DNA from: Octopus bimaculoides
Lineage: Eukaryota
Assembly (NCBI RefSeq): GCF_001194135.2
Contig: NC_068982.1
Coordinates: forward strand, 122,558,692-122,612,907
Direction: 5' to 3'
Length of the DNA stretch: 54,216 nucleotides
Positions within the stretch are counted from its first letter, which is position 1; each line of letters starts with the position of its first letter. Under the pieces are notes generated by a model. That model was not told the DNA's origin and searched no databases. It was given only the letters and a program-made list of their open reading frames with translations. A program made the translations under genes and the position numbers. Of the stretch, positions 24,533 through 37,773 are shown one piece after another.

Positions 24533-24581
24533 TATGTTCATCCGGCCCAAGCTGGTTAACATCATTGAAACATCCTGTTTG
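24533..24581 (+). CDS. UNC80: UNC80 coding exon 2, 49 nt ((S)MFIRPKLVNIIETSCL)
   Basis: Acceptor cattttttacAG and donor TTG|GTAAGT. Phase 2 in, phase 0 out, joining exon 1 and exon 3 in frame. Matches recalled human SAFLRPKLGKQYEASCV. Confidence 0.92.
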
Positions 24582-24672
24582 GTAAGTTTATTAGATTTTT
24601 GTCATCTTTCATAAATTCAAATATGTAGTTTCTGTTTCTCATATATGTCTATCAATATATATACATTTACAT

Positions 24673-24720
<48 letters not shown>

Positions 24721-24894
24721 TTTTATACACAAAGAGGTAAGCCTTTAACAGTTTGCCTGACATAATCCTGAGAGGATGAGAGCTAAAGTTAACCTCTGCA
24801 GGATTTGATATCAGAGTTGGGAGAAATAATGAAAAATATTTTCCAGTGCTTTAATGATTCTGTCAGTTGACCACAGGTCAGCCCAGCAGTTCTG

Positions 24895-25318
24895 CGTGGA
24901 GGAGGCAGGTCAATTACATTGACCCTAGTACTTAACTGGTACATTATTTTACTGCCACCAAAAGAATGAAAGGCAAAGTTGGCCTTGGTGGGAGTTCAAA
25001 CTCAGAACATAAAGAGCCAAAACAAATGCTGCAAAACATTTTTTTTTTTGCCAATGTTCTAACAATTCTGTCAGCTTGCTGCCTTATTTAGTAATAATAC
25101 TTTCTACTGTAGGCACAAGGCCTGAAATTTTGTGGGAGGGGATACGTTGATTACATCGACCCCAGTGACTAACTGGTATCTATTTTATTGACCCCAAAAG
25201 GATAAAAGGCAAAGTCAATCTTAGTGGGATTTGAACTCAGAACATAGTGACAGGTGAAATACCACTAAGCATTTCATCCAGCGTGCTAACAATTCTGCCA
25301 GCTCACCACCTTGCCTTA
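24895..25318 (-). mobile_element. Two tandem SINE family A copies
   Basis: Copies at about 24895-25087 and 25101-25318, separated by TAA-rich sequence. Confidence 0.8.
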
Positions 25319-25485
25319 TTTTGTAATAATAAGAGTAATTTTTAACATTGGCATGAGGCCACATGATTTAGTGGAGAGGTGCAGTTAATATAACTGGCTC
25401 CAGTACTTGACTAGTGCTTATTTTAATGATTCTGAAATAATAAAGATCAAGATTGATACCAGAATAATAATAAAGGTATTATTAT

Positions 25486-25997
25486 TGAATGAGAGAGCAA
25501 TGCATGCCATCAAAGTGACACTGGGGTACAAATATACAAAGCCCAATATACCCATCATGACTACTTGTCTGATAAGGGTACACCAGGCACATGCATTACA
25601 ATGATATATGAGTGACATGGTGACCTTATATAAAGATAAATGGTGCATGACCTTGCAGGTGGACCCAGTTAAAATTTTCTGCAGGTGGAGTAGCCCAACT
25701 CACTCAAATGGTCCCTGAATGATGGTTGTTTAAGGTGAATTATTCAAACCCCAAAGAATTCCTCTAAACACATGGCTATGATGCTCCCCCACTACTTCTG
25801 CTCATGATTAGAGTTGCACATATCGTCAACCACTAGGAGATATGCTCAACTGGTTAAGGTCAAGCAAATGTGTGGTATTGTGCAGAATACTTGCTGTAGC
25901 CCATCTTTTAAACCAAGACAAAACATGTACATGATAACGCTTCCAATCAGTTAAGATCAGAAGCCATGAGAGCCAGTGCTGGTACTTTATCAGGGCA
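25486..25997 (+). mobile_element. Interspersed repeat family E (about 510-560 bp), (ATT)n-flanked
   Basis: Reverse-complement homolog at 27238-27797. Confidence 0.8.
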
Positions 25998-26000
25998 TGT

Positions 26001-26057
<57 letters not shown>

Positions 26058-26059
<2 letters not shown>

Positions 26060-26505
26060 GGTGGTGAGCTGGAAGAACCATTAGCATGCCAGACATAATG
26101 CTTAACAGCATTTCGTCTGTTCTTATGTTCTGAATTCAAATTCCACTGAGGTTGACTTTGCCTTTCATCCTTCTGGGTCGATGAAATAAGTATCAGTGGA
26201 GCACTGGGTTCGATGTAATTGGCTAGCCTCATCCCCCAAATTTAAAGCCTTGTGCCTATAGTAGAAAGGATTATTACTATTATTATTAAGACAATATGCT
26301 GGCAGAATAATTAGCATGCCAGATAAAATGCATAGTTGCATTTCGCTTGTCTTTAAGTTTTGAGTTCAAATTTGAACTCAAAACTTAGACTTTACATTTA
26401 ATCCTTTTTGGGTTAATGAAATAAGTACCAGTTGAGTGCTGGGGTTCATGAAATTGACTTACCCACTTCACACAAATTTTCAGGCCTTGTGCTTATAGTA
26501 GAATA
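26058..26505 (+). mobile_element. Two tandem SINE family A copies within (TTA)n
   Basis: Copies at about 26058-26272 and 26290-26505. Confidence 0.8.
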
Positions 26506-26586
26506 TAAAGACTTAGAACAAATACTTTAAGGCATTTCTTCTAATACTTTAACGATTCTGCCAGTCCACTGTCTTTAATAATGATC

Positions 26587-26649
<63 letters not shown>

Positions 26650-26974
26650 TCATCATCATCCTTTAATGTCCGTTTTCCAAATTGACACAAGTTGAACAGT
26701 TTGATGGGAGCTGGCAAGCTAGAGGGCTGCACCAGGCTCCAGTCTGTTTTGGCATGGTTTCTACAACAGGATGCCCTTCCTATTGCCAACCACTTTATAG
26801 AGTCTACTGGGTGACTTTTATGTGGCTCTGGCACAGGTAATTTTTTTTTTTTTGTGGCACCAGCATGGGTGCTTTTTATATGGTGCTGGCATAGGTGCTT
26901 CTTATGTGGCACCAGCTTGAGTGCTTTTTACCTGGCACTGGCACAGGTGCTGGTTTCAAATGGTGGTACAAGGT

Positions 26975-27161
26975 CAGCAGTTTTGGAGGAGCGGGGTGAG
27001 TTGATTACACTGACTCTAGTATTCAACCTATTTCATTGACCCTAAAAGGATGAAGGGCTAAGTCAATCCCAGCAGCATTTGAACTCAGTATGTAAAGTTG
27101 GAAGAAATGTCACAGAGCATTTTTTTCTTCCACAGTAATGATTCTGCCAGCTCACCACCTT
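26975..27161 (-). mobile_element. SINE family A
   Basis: Reverse-complement family motifs, followed by (AAT)n. Confidence 0.75.
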
Positions 27162-27237
27162 AATAATAATTGCCCTAGGAAGACACTCAACAAGAAATGG
27201 AAACAACATTGAAAGAGAAAAACTCGAAATAATGATA

Positions 27238-27797
27238 ATGCCTTGATGTAGTACCAGGCACTGGCTCTCATGGCTTCTAAACTTAACTGATTGGAAGTGT
27301 TATCATGTACATGTTTTGTCTTGGTATAAAAGCAAATATTCTGCTCAATATCACAGATTTGCTTGTCAGTTGCTTGACCTTAACCAGTCGAGCATGTTCC
27401 TTAGTGGCTGATATGTCCCTTGATGACAATATGTGTATCTCTGATCATGAGCAGAAATAGTGGAGGAACATCATAGCCATGTGTTGGGAGGAATTCTTTG
27501 GGGTTTGAATAAACCACTTCTGGAAATATGGGTGTTTTGTTCATCATCCTTAGACAACCCTCATTCAGGGACCTTTTAATCAGGATGAGCTACTCAACTT
27601 GAAGAAAATTCTAACTGGGCCCCACCTGCTGGGTCATGCATTGTTTATCTTTATATGAGATCACCATATCGTGCATATATGGTTGTGAGCATGTGTCTAG
27701 TGTACTCTTATCAGACGGGTAGTCATGATGGGTATACTGGGCTTTGTATATTTTGCCCCAGTGTCACTTTGATGGCACGCACTGCTCTCTCACTCAG
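27238..27797 (-). mobile_element. Interspersed repeat family E, inverted copy
   Basis: Collinear reverse complement of 25486-25997, including one internal segment of about 40 nt that the first copy lacks. Confidence 0.8.
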
Positions 27798-27807
27798 TAA
27801 TAATTCT

Positions 27808-28022
27808 TTCTACAATAGGCAGAAGGCCTGAAAGTTTTGGGGAAGGGGGGTTAGTAGGTTATATCAGTCTCATGTGGTTAACAGGTGCTCATTTCATCGA
27901 CCCTCAAAAGGTGAAAGGCAAAGTTAACTTCAGTGGCATTTGAACTCAGAACGTAAAGCCAGAAAAAATACTACTAAGTGTTTTGTCTGATGTGCTAATG
28001 ATTCTGCCAGCTTGTTGCCTTA
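27808..28022 (-). mobile_element. SINE family A
   Basis: Reverse-complement family motifs, TAA-flanked. Confidence 0.8.
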
Positions 28023-28118
28023 ATGATAATAATATCAACGTCATCATCGTCGTTTATCATTCGCCTTCCATGCTGGCATGGATGGGACAATAATAATAAT
28101 AATAATGATAATAATAAT

Positions 28119-28330
28119 GAAGGCAGCAAGAGGAATCTAAAGGAAATTGGAATAGAGTGTCCAGTAGAACTGTTACAAAAGGTTTGTCTCCTTGGCACAG
28201 CCAGAATAATCAGGAAAATAGTTGAAAAGAACAGATAGCATGGTACTGTAGGCTGCAAGTAGCAAGCTCGCTATGCATGCAAGACTTCAGGAGTTCCAAC
28301 AAAACCTGTGATAAAAAGAAATGATTATAC
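28119..28330 (+). mobile_element. 5'-truncated R4/Dong-type LINE 3' end
   Basis: LLQKVCLLGTARIIRKIV is the typical C-terminus of these restriction-like-endonuclease LINEs. Preceded by (AAT)n. Confidence 0.75.
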
Positions 28331-28492
28331 TAATGATAATCTCTCTGCATATTTAGATACAAAAAGTTGTTGTCCTTTGATATCTCCATTTGTGACTTTG
28401 ATGTATAAATTAAAGCAAAAGAAAATTATGTTGATGATAATAATAATAATAATAATAATAATGATAATAATAATAATAATATATAATATATA

Positions 28493-28657
28493 TAACATAC
28501 AGAAAATTGCACTACTGGGCACTGCATACATCCTATGCAAAACACTTTCAATACAGTAACCATAAGAGCATCACAGCAAACCACAGCACATACCCAAGGT
28601 ACACAGCTGCACTCGGTAGTGAAATGAAAGCACGTTATAAAAATAAAACTACTGAAC
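28493..28657 (+). mobile_element. 5'-truncated R4/Dong-type LINE 3' end (different subfamily)
   Basis: NIQKIALLGTAYILCKTL followed by a short 3' UTR, with (TAA)n on both sides. Confidence 0.78.
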
Positions 28658-28688
<31 letters not shown>

Positions 28689-29337
28689 TTTTTGCTCACT
28701 GCAAAGTCACACTTTAAAACATGATATGACCCCCAATGCACATCACATGCTTATTATTTTGACCATGGAAAGTCATAAAATAAATTCAACTCCACTAGGA
28801 TTTCAACACAGAATGGAGAATGGAGCAGAGCATAACTAAATATAGCGAAGCATTTTATCTAGTCTACATGCTACCACTTTTATTACTCTCTTGCTCTAGG
28901 TAGTAAAATCGGCAAATACCAAGAATTTTAATGAAAAGACCGATGAAGTCATCTTTCAATTACCAAAGAGTATGTAATAGTATATCTAGTCCAGAACACA
29001 TGTGGCAGAAGTTTCTCAATAGTCTGGTTTCACTCTTAGTGGTCTGGTTTCAATTTAAAGCATGTTAAAAATGTGAGCTTTTATGCTTATGTATAAATAA
29101 ATATAAGAAAATAATGTTTATAACTGAGTGTTAAAACTAGTGGGTTTATCTAGTATTTCTTTGAAATAATTGCTTCGGTGCTGTTATAGCTGTGTAGTTA
29201 AGAAGCACAGTTTCAGGTTCAACCCAACTGTGTACCACCTTGGGGAAGTGTCTTCTACTCTAGCCCCAGGCTGACCAAAGCTTTGTGACTTGCAATGAGA
29301 AAAGACTGTCATTGCCAGCACGGATACGTGTGTGTGC

Positions 29338-29373
<36 letters not shown>

Positions 29374-30149
29374 ATGTATGCATGTATGTGTGTGAGTATG
29401 TATGTCTATATATACACATATATACATATGAATGTATGTATATNNNNNNNNNNNNNNNNNNNNNNNNNNNNNNNNNNNNNNNNNNNNNNNNNNNNNNNNN
29501 NNNNNNNNNNNNNNNNNNNNNNNNNNNNNNNNNNNNNNNNNNNNNNNNNNNNNNNNNNNNNNNNNNNNNNNNNNNNNNNNNNNNNNNNNNNNNNNNNNNN
29601 NNNNNNNNNNNNNNNNNNNNNNNNNNNNNNNNNNNNNNNNNNNNNNNNNNNNNNNNNNNNNNNNNNNNNNNNNNNNNNNNNNNNNNNNNNNNNNNNNNNN
29701 NNNNNATATATATATATGGAGAGAGAGAGACAGACAGAGAGAGAGACAGACAGAGAGAGAGACAGACAGAGAGAGATTCAGTTGAATTAGGTACTTAGGT
29801 TTTAGCACCAAGTCAGTCCGGTATTATCCGCACAGCTCGAAGTAGGGTGAATAAAATCAAAATAAGTAACAGGATTTCAATTTGTAATGCAGTACAACCG
29901 TGTCAAGCAGCTCCATTTAATTGAATAATGCAATCATTACATCAATGTAATGTATTATGTTATGTGATGTATTACATAACATATTATTACCCTATGGTAA
30001 CCCCTGCCTAGTTAGTCTGACTTAATCCTCTTTGGTGATTACACCATTCTTCCCTTCTATGAATTTCTACCTCATTAGTCAAATTATGTATATTTGTAAT
30101 GATTTTGAGATAGCAAGTCTACTTTGACTAAATCTTATACCCACTAATC

Positions 30150-30207
30150 ATACATACAGTCATACATACAGTCATACATACAATCATACATACAATCATA
30201 CATACAA
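30150..30207 (+). repeat. 12-bp tandem repeat (CATACATACAG/AT) x about 5
   Basis: Read directly from the sequence. Confidence 0.85.
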
Positions 30208-30728
30208 TGGTACCTGTAATATTATAGCTTATAAAACCACTTTGGTAAGAATACCTTAAACTGTCCTCATTACTTCCATACCCATTACTCTTTTTAGGCT
30301 AACTTTATCTTTCCTGCCTTTAATTTTTAATCTCACGCCTCTTTATATGTATTTCTTATTATTTTCTATAAATTCTTATTTTTTGAGTCCTTATTTTGGT
30401 ATGTTTACCTTATTAATCTCTTATCCTTTATGTTTTTACCTTTATATTGTTAAATTTTGTATGGTATTGAATTTTGTATGGTATTGAATTTTGTATTTTT
30501 GCATGGTTGGCATTGGGTGGTTGGCATTGGGTGGTTGGCATTGAGTGGTTGGCATTGGGAAGGGCATCCAGCTGTAGAAACTTTGCCAGATCAGATTGGA
30601 GCCTAGTACAACATTCTGGCTTGCCAGCCCCCAGTCAAACCATCCAATCCATGTCAGCATGGAAAGCAGACATTAAACGACGACGACGATGAGGATATAT
30701 ATATATATATATATATATATAGATATAG

Positions 30729-30801
<73 letters not shown>

Positions 30802-32094
30802 TTTTTTCATATATATCTGTATGCATTATTTTTTATACTATTTCACCTACTTATATCAGTACAAACTTTTTCTTGTATACTTATATTTAATTATGTCTAT
30901 GTATTAAATTATTATCCTGCTTCTGATTCATTACTTTCAATCAGTAGATAGTATGTATATCTTACCATATATTCCATATGTAAGTAGTTTGAGTGGTCTT
31001 TATAGAGACCACCTAATAGTTAATTGATTAAGTGAAGATGAGGTATTAAATTGATTATACATAATAGCAATCTTCCTTTTAATGTTTAAAACTGATCTCT
31101 ATATACACCTTTTACCTTACTTGGTTATGATATCAATTTTCTGAAATATTTAAAATTCTTATACAACATAATAATGTTGTTTATAAACTTTCTCCAACTG
31201 AGCCCCTAATATTTTTTCTGAATTTCATTATAGCATCATAAGTTTCATAGTGTTTGCCTGTTTAACTGGTAACAACATCATGAATTAATGTCACCCCTTC
31301 CCCAACCTCTTTTATAGACAGTTACTTCTATCTAATTGACTCTTTTCTAAAGTTTTCTTTTTCTTGTGGGGGGAAGGGTACCTTTAAAGATATTTATGAC
31401 CAATAGCCAGCCATGAGCTGTCAACTCACTTTTGCTCTTTATTCTAAATATACACAGTCTTCTAGTCTCAGATTTTACTTGAATGATAAAGAAATAGATA
31501 ATATTTGAGAATGAATTATAACTCTTTGACCCCCACTGTGTTCCATGCCATGTTATAAATAAATTGTAGCCAGTCCTCTTAGCTATTCCTGCTACAATAG
31601 CCACAACATGAATTTCTTCCATCCTCCTGCTCTGTTAAAATATTTAAGAAAATTTATCTTAATGTATCTTGTCTGTTGAAATTCCATAGCTATGTAAGTG
31701 AAGATAGTGCTGTATATAAAATTGATGTAATGATTGCATTGTTCAATTAAATGGAGCTGCTTGAAACAGCCGTACTGCATTACTACTTGAACTCCTGTTA
31801 CTTATTTAGATTTTATATATATATATATATATATATATAAGCATGGAAAGCGGACGTTAAACGATGATATATATGATATAATAAATGCGAAAACTAATTT
31901 CTGTGTGTCAGTGTGTCATACTTAAACCCTATCTCTCACTAGTCAATGACACTCCTACTATTCCTCATGATGAGGTGAGAGTAGGCATAGAGACGGTGAG
32001 GGCAGTGGTGAAGACAGAGAGAGAGAGAGAGAGAGAAAGAAAGAAAAAGAGAGACAAAGAAATTTAGGGAGGGTTGATGATGTTTTATTAAAAG

Positions 32095-33030
32095 TAGTAG
32101 TGCCGATGGTGGCCATCCCCCTCGATGGCCGAACACTTTCTCCAGCGGTGTTGAAGCCCCATTATCCCGGCATAGAGGAACTCTTTTGTTTGAGACTCCA
32201 AGAAACTTCCTACAGCGTCTATGACATCATTGTCACTGGCAAAAATGGCGACCAGCTAGGGATTTTCTCATTTTTGGGAATAGATGAAAATCAGAGGGGG
32301 CTAAGTCCGGTGAATAAGGTGGATGGGGAACAACTTCTTATCCACAATCACGAATTGTTGCCGTGGTAACCACTGAGGTGTAGGCTGGAGCATTGTCGCA
32401 ATGAAAAGGAACTCTTCTGGTGAGCATTCCCGGCCTTTCTTCTTTGATTGTCTCTCGGAGGCGTTTCAGCAGCTGAGAATAATACAGCCCTGTCACAGTG
32501 TGACCCTTTTCAAGGTAATCGATCAGCAAGACTCCTTGAGAATCCCAAAAAACTGATGCCATAACTTTGCCAGCTTAAGCAATGACCCTGGCCTTCTTTT
32601 GGGTAGGAGAAGATGTGTACTTCCACTGCTTTGATTGTTCTTTGGTTTCAGGCTGGTAGTGATGAACCCAACTTTCGTCCATAGTAATGAAACGAGCAAG
32701 AGAATTCTTTTCATCGGCTTCAAACAGTTCCAGATTGCTCGTGGACAAAGTGCACCTGGTGCGTTTCTGTTCAGGATTCAAAAGGCGAGGGACCCATCTT
32801 GCAGAAAGCTTTGAGAATACAAGTTGTTTTGTCACAATGTTGTCTGCTCTTTCAGTTGAGATGCCCTGTCTCTCAGCTACCTTACGACATGATATTCGAC
32901 GATCTTGCATTATCATACCAAGAGCAAGGTCAAGGTTGTCCTTGGTGGTTGCAGTTGGAGGTCTCTCTAGTCTGGGATCATCTTCCACACTCTCCCTGTC
33001 ACGCAAAAGGAAAGGCATCTAGCCATAGAA
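32095..33030 (-). mobile_element. Mariner transposase pseudogene (second subfamily, WVPRLL type)
   Basis: WVPRLL, FITMDESW, SVFWD, HCDNAPA and YSPDLAPSDF motifs, so the catalytic Asp triad is present. In-frame TAA (32339-32341) and frameshifts. Confidence 0.93.
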
Positions 33031-33339
33031 AATCTACCTGAATAAAATGATGGTGATGATGATGACGATGATGATGATGATGATGATGATGAATTACTTG
33101 ACTCCAATAGTCTTTTATTTGATTTTTACTATTGAAAGGAAAGTGTCAGGTTGAGTTGAAGCAAATTGAATTAAGCACATTATTCAATAGACTGTACCAG
33201 TGCTTGTAATTGATAAGCTCATGATACTGGAATTTAGAAGATGATGCCATATCAGCTAATCCAATGTACTTCAAAATTTCATCCTTATCATCATCATCAT
33301 CTATTTTTTCATGTTTTACACTGGTTTATTAAGTGTCAG

Positions 33340-34548
33340 TGCATTTTAATTCCAAATCATCTCAACAGAAACTGAATATCCCGTATTCACAAATTCAGTT
33401 GAACTGAAACCTAATTTTTACTTGGATTTTCTATAAGAATTAATGCATCTGTAGCATATCTAAACCTTCCTTAAAAATTATAATTCCTTTCTCTTGTTAA
33501 AGTTATTATTACTAGTTTTCTCTTTGCTTGCTTCAAGTAGAAAAGATATATCTGCTCTTAGTTGGATTATTTGCTGGTTTATTTTTTCCATCCATGCAGG
33601 CTGTTTGTGTACATTGCACTTTATTTGCCTATCTCTAATCTTAATACCACATTTCTGAGTTGCAACATAAGCAGCTGAGTAAATGAGTTGATCAATCACC
33701 TCGAAGACATTTTCTCTACAATTATCTAGGAGTTGTATCAGCTTCTTAAGTGCTTGATCAACTTCTTTGATAACTTTTCTGTTCTTATTAGTATTAATAA
33801 TTTTGGGAAGTGGGGCTTTCTCCTGGAAAGGTTGATCTAGTTGTATTAGATATTGTTCTAATATTCCATCTAACAGTTCATTGCTGACATGATCATTTAT
33901 AGTATTTTTAGTATCAGCTGATGGTCCACCTTCATGGGGTTCTGTGTACCCAGTTTGCTGGTTTGAGTTAGTGATTTCAGAGCTTTTTGCCTGTGGGTTT
34001 AAACGAATGTGTGTTATACTGAACTTTGACTGATCTGACTATTTTGTTAATTTTGCTGTCAGTTAGTCTTTTATTTTTTAGGATATCACGTCTCACAGCT
34101 CCTAGTTTATTACTGTCCATGTACAGCCTGCTATGTGGGTTTTTCCACCTCCAGATATTGTATGTATCTTTTTGTGTGGTTGATGTTTCTGGGTTTAGTG
34201 TTGAATAATAATAAGCATGCATAACTTTGATATATTCCTCCTTAGTCCATCTCTGTCTTGTATTTCTATTTCTTCGAGATAGGTTTGGTAGTTGATCCTG
34301 AGTGTCAGTTTTGGGAATATCTCTGGTTTGATTTGCTACAGGCTGGTCCTGATTTAAAAACTTTTCAAGCTCAGTGTCAGAACCTAAGTTCACTGATGAA
34401 CATGTTCTTCGAACAACACAGATTCTAGTGGGTATTTCCATGGTTGGTATCCAAGGCCATGTTATAAGCGCACAGGGTTAACCAGTTGTCTGGTTCCTTG
34501 GGTAAGGTTCAGAGGTCCCAGGCATCATCATTTTTTGGGGTGGGGGAT
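33340..34548 (-). mobile_element. R4/Dong-clade LINE 5' portion (N-terminal ORF region), decayed
   Basis: RQRWTKEEYIKVMHAYY, MDSNKLGAVRRDILKNKRLT, DQLIYSAAYV and PAWMEKINQQIIQLRADIS. The 5' end abuts (AAT)n at 34549-34575 on the element strand. Confidence 0.75.
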
Positions 34549-34589
34549 TTATTATTATTATTATTATTATTATTAATATTATGGTTAAC

Positions 34590-35030
34590 ATGACAAGCTG
34601 GCAAAATTATTTGTATGTTGGGCAAAATACATAGAAACATTTCTTTCAGCTCTTTGTGTTTCGAGTTCAGATTCCACTGATGCTAACTTTGCCACGTATC
34701 ATTTGGAGGCCTATGAAATAAGTACCATTCAAGCATTGGGATCAATGTAATCAACTTGTCCCTCTCCTCAAAAATAATGGCCTTGTGCTAAAATTTGAAA
34801 GAATTATTATTACATTTACAATGGTGGGATTGATAGAATAGCTAGAATGTCAGGCAAAATGTCTTGAAGCATTTCTTCCAATTTTTCACATTCTGTGTTA
34901 AAATACCATTGGGGTCAAACTTTGTTTTTTTATCCCTGAGGGTCAATAAAATGAAGTGCCAGTTAAGTTCTGACGTCAATGGTATCAACTTAGCCCTTCT
35001 GAAAATTGTTGGCCTTGTGCCTAGATGTGA
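34590..35030 (+). mobile_element. Two tandem degenerate SINE family A copies
   Basis: B-box and GGCCTTGTGC tails at about 34780 and about 35015. Confidence 0.7.
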
Positions 35031-35488
35031 AACAATCATCATTATCATCACCATTATTATCCTCATCATCGTCATCATCATCATTATTATCATTATTATT
35101 TGTGGAGAGAAAGTTGATCTCCTAAAAACTCATTATGTCAATTTCATGTAAAGGAACATGATATCTGATCTATGATATACAGGAAATGAAATATATTGAC
35201 AGATTTTCCCTTCTACAAGCATACATCTAGAGAACAGTTTCTTGTGCTAATAAACTATTTCACTAGAGACTCAGATTATCTGTTATAATGTGTGCACACT
35301 ATATGTATAATAAGGTTTGAATAACAGTTCATGTAAACTGTGTATTATTCTGTTCAGATTACAAACAATAAATCACAATTATCATCGTTAAGTTTGCTTC
35401 TCAGGTTAATTTTTTCCTATTCATTCAGTCTCTCACAGTGGCCCCAAAGTGTATTTTTGAGCTATCACACACACACGCACACACACAC

Positions 35489-35530
<42 letters not shown>

Positions 35531-36162
35531 NNNNNNNNNNNNNNNNNNNNNNNNNNNNNNNNNNNNNNNNNNNNNNNNNNNNNNNNNNNNNNNNNNNNNN
35601 NNNNNNNNNNNNNNNNNNNNNNNNNNNNNNNNNNNNNNNNNNNNNNNNNNNNNNNNNNNNNNNNNNNNNNNNNNNNNNNNNNNNNNNNNNNNNNNNNNNN
35701 NNNNNNNNNNNNNNNNNNNNNNNNNNNNNNNNNNNNNNNNNNNNNNNNNNNNNNNNNNNNNNNNNNNNNNNNNNNNNNNNNNNNNNNNNNNNNNNNNNNN
35801 NNNNNNNNNNNNNNNNNNNNNNNNNNNNNNNNNNNTATATATATATATATGATTATTTGTAGGATTCACTTGAATCAAGGTATTTCAATAATAAGTACAC
35901 CAAGTTAGGGTTGAGATCAGCATATCTGTGTATATTCCAAATACAGACACTCCCACATATATCCATGCATATATGAATATGTCCAAACTCTTACACATAC
36001 ATGTGCATGAACACATCAATATATGCATACATATAAATATACATGTATATGAAATTATATACCCATGCACATCAGCATGCAGTTTCACAATCCATTGTGG
36101 GTTCCAGATCCAACATAGGGAAAGTTCCAAGTGAGGTCTTTACATGTCCTTCTATGTATAGA

Positions 36163-36193
<31 letters not shown>

Positions 36194-36196
36194 GTA

Positions 36197-36247
<51 letters not shown>

Positions 36248-36535
36248 ATAAAGACATATGAAAACAATATAGAAACAGTCTAAGCCAGAGTTCATTCCAC
36301 TGGATCAAGGGTGAGAGGCCAGGGAAGGTGTCTGTGTCTTCTTGTATCCACACAGGCATCTAAAACAATGGAGCTTGCCGATATATGCTTCATCTCCCCA
36401 CTTACTATCTCCTCCTCACATGTCCCCCTTCACACAGCATCCACTCAATAATTAAATCCTCTGTCTTTTGTTGACCCGTACAGCTTTCCAGCTACCCAGG
36501 TCACTTTGGGCAATTGAACTAGGTATGCTCAACAA

Positions 36536-36574
<39 letters not shown>

Positions 36575-36664
36575 ATATATATATATATATATTTGTTTTT
36601 ACATGACCGAACGCCAGCGTCATCACTGTTGTAAGTAGTTATTTCAACTTTATATTTTCTGACG

Positions 36665-36830
36665 CCACTCCATCTCTTTCTCTATCACTTTTCCCCCCTC
36701 TCGTTCTTCCTCTGTTACTACTACGTATCTCTCTTTACCCCTCTCGTTCTTCCTTCTGTTACTACTATATCTTTCTCTTTCCCCCCTCATACTTCCTTCT
36801 GTTACTACTATATTCCCCTCTTCCTCTCTT
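36665..36830 (+). repeat. About 50-bp pyrimidine-rich tandem repeat x3
   Basis: Recurring CCCCTCTCGTTCTTCC(T)TCTGTTACTACTA. Confidence 0.75.
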
Positions 36831-37249
36831 TCTCTCGTTGCTCACCTATTCTTCTACTTCCTCCCTTTGTTTCTCCCTTTACCACTCTCTCTCTCTCTCC
36901 CTTACCCCCTGCCTGGTCACATGCTTCCGGTCAATAATCCTTTTCTTCCTTGGCTATCGCCGAGCAAACACGCGAACTTACTTCGTCCCCACTTTCAAGT
37001 TCGTGCCTCACAGCGTTCATATACACATAATTTTTCATGTCTGGCCGCATAGCCTTTTCCGTTTGTTTTCCTGTCTTGTTTTTTGTCCGCCACTACATTC
37101 CTCCATGGCACAGGTTTAATTTGTGTATACAAATTNNNNNNNNNNNNNNNNNNNNNNNNNNNNNNNACCCAGATATGCACCTATATATACAGGTAGACAT
37201 AGGTATGCACATACCTGTACGTATATATGCATATACACATTTATTATTT

Positions 37250-37294
<45 letters not shown>

Positions 37295-37472
37295 CATTAT
37301 ATAATACGTAATCTTTACGCATTTCACTAGTGTATATTAGTATGTTGTGTGATAATTGTTATGTAGATGATTGCATAATCATATAGAAACATCTGATCTA
37401 GTAATTTAATCCATTATTATTTACCAACATAAGTAGGTTGAAATTGATAAGTTGGAACTAATAATAATAATA

Positions 37473-37514
<42 letters not shown>

Positions 37515-37726
37515 TCAAATTGTTTTCCACAAGGGTGGCTTGGGAGGTGGGGATGAGTCGATTACATCAACCCCAGTGTTCAACTGGTACTTATTTTATC
37601 GACCCCCAAAAGGATGAAGGGCAAAGTCAACCTTGGTGGAATTTGGACTCAGAACGTAACGACAGACGAAATACTGCTAAGCATTTCACCCATAGTGCTA
37701 ATGATTCTGCCAGCTTGCTGCCTTCA
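37515..37726 (-). mobile_element. SINE family A between (TTA)n and (ATA)n tracts
   Basis: Family motifs on the minus strand. Confidence 0.85.
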
Positions 37727-37741
37727 GTAATAATAATAATG

Positions 37742-37771
<30 letters not shown>

Positions 37772-37773
<2 letters not shown>

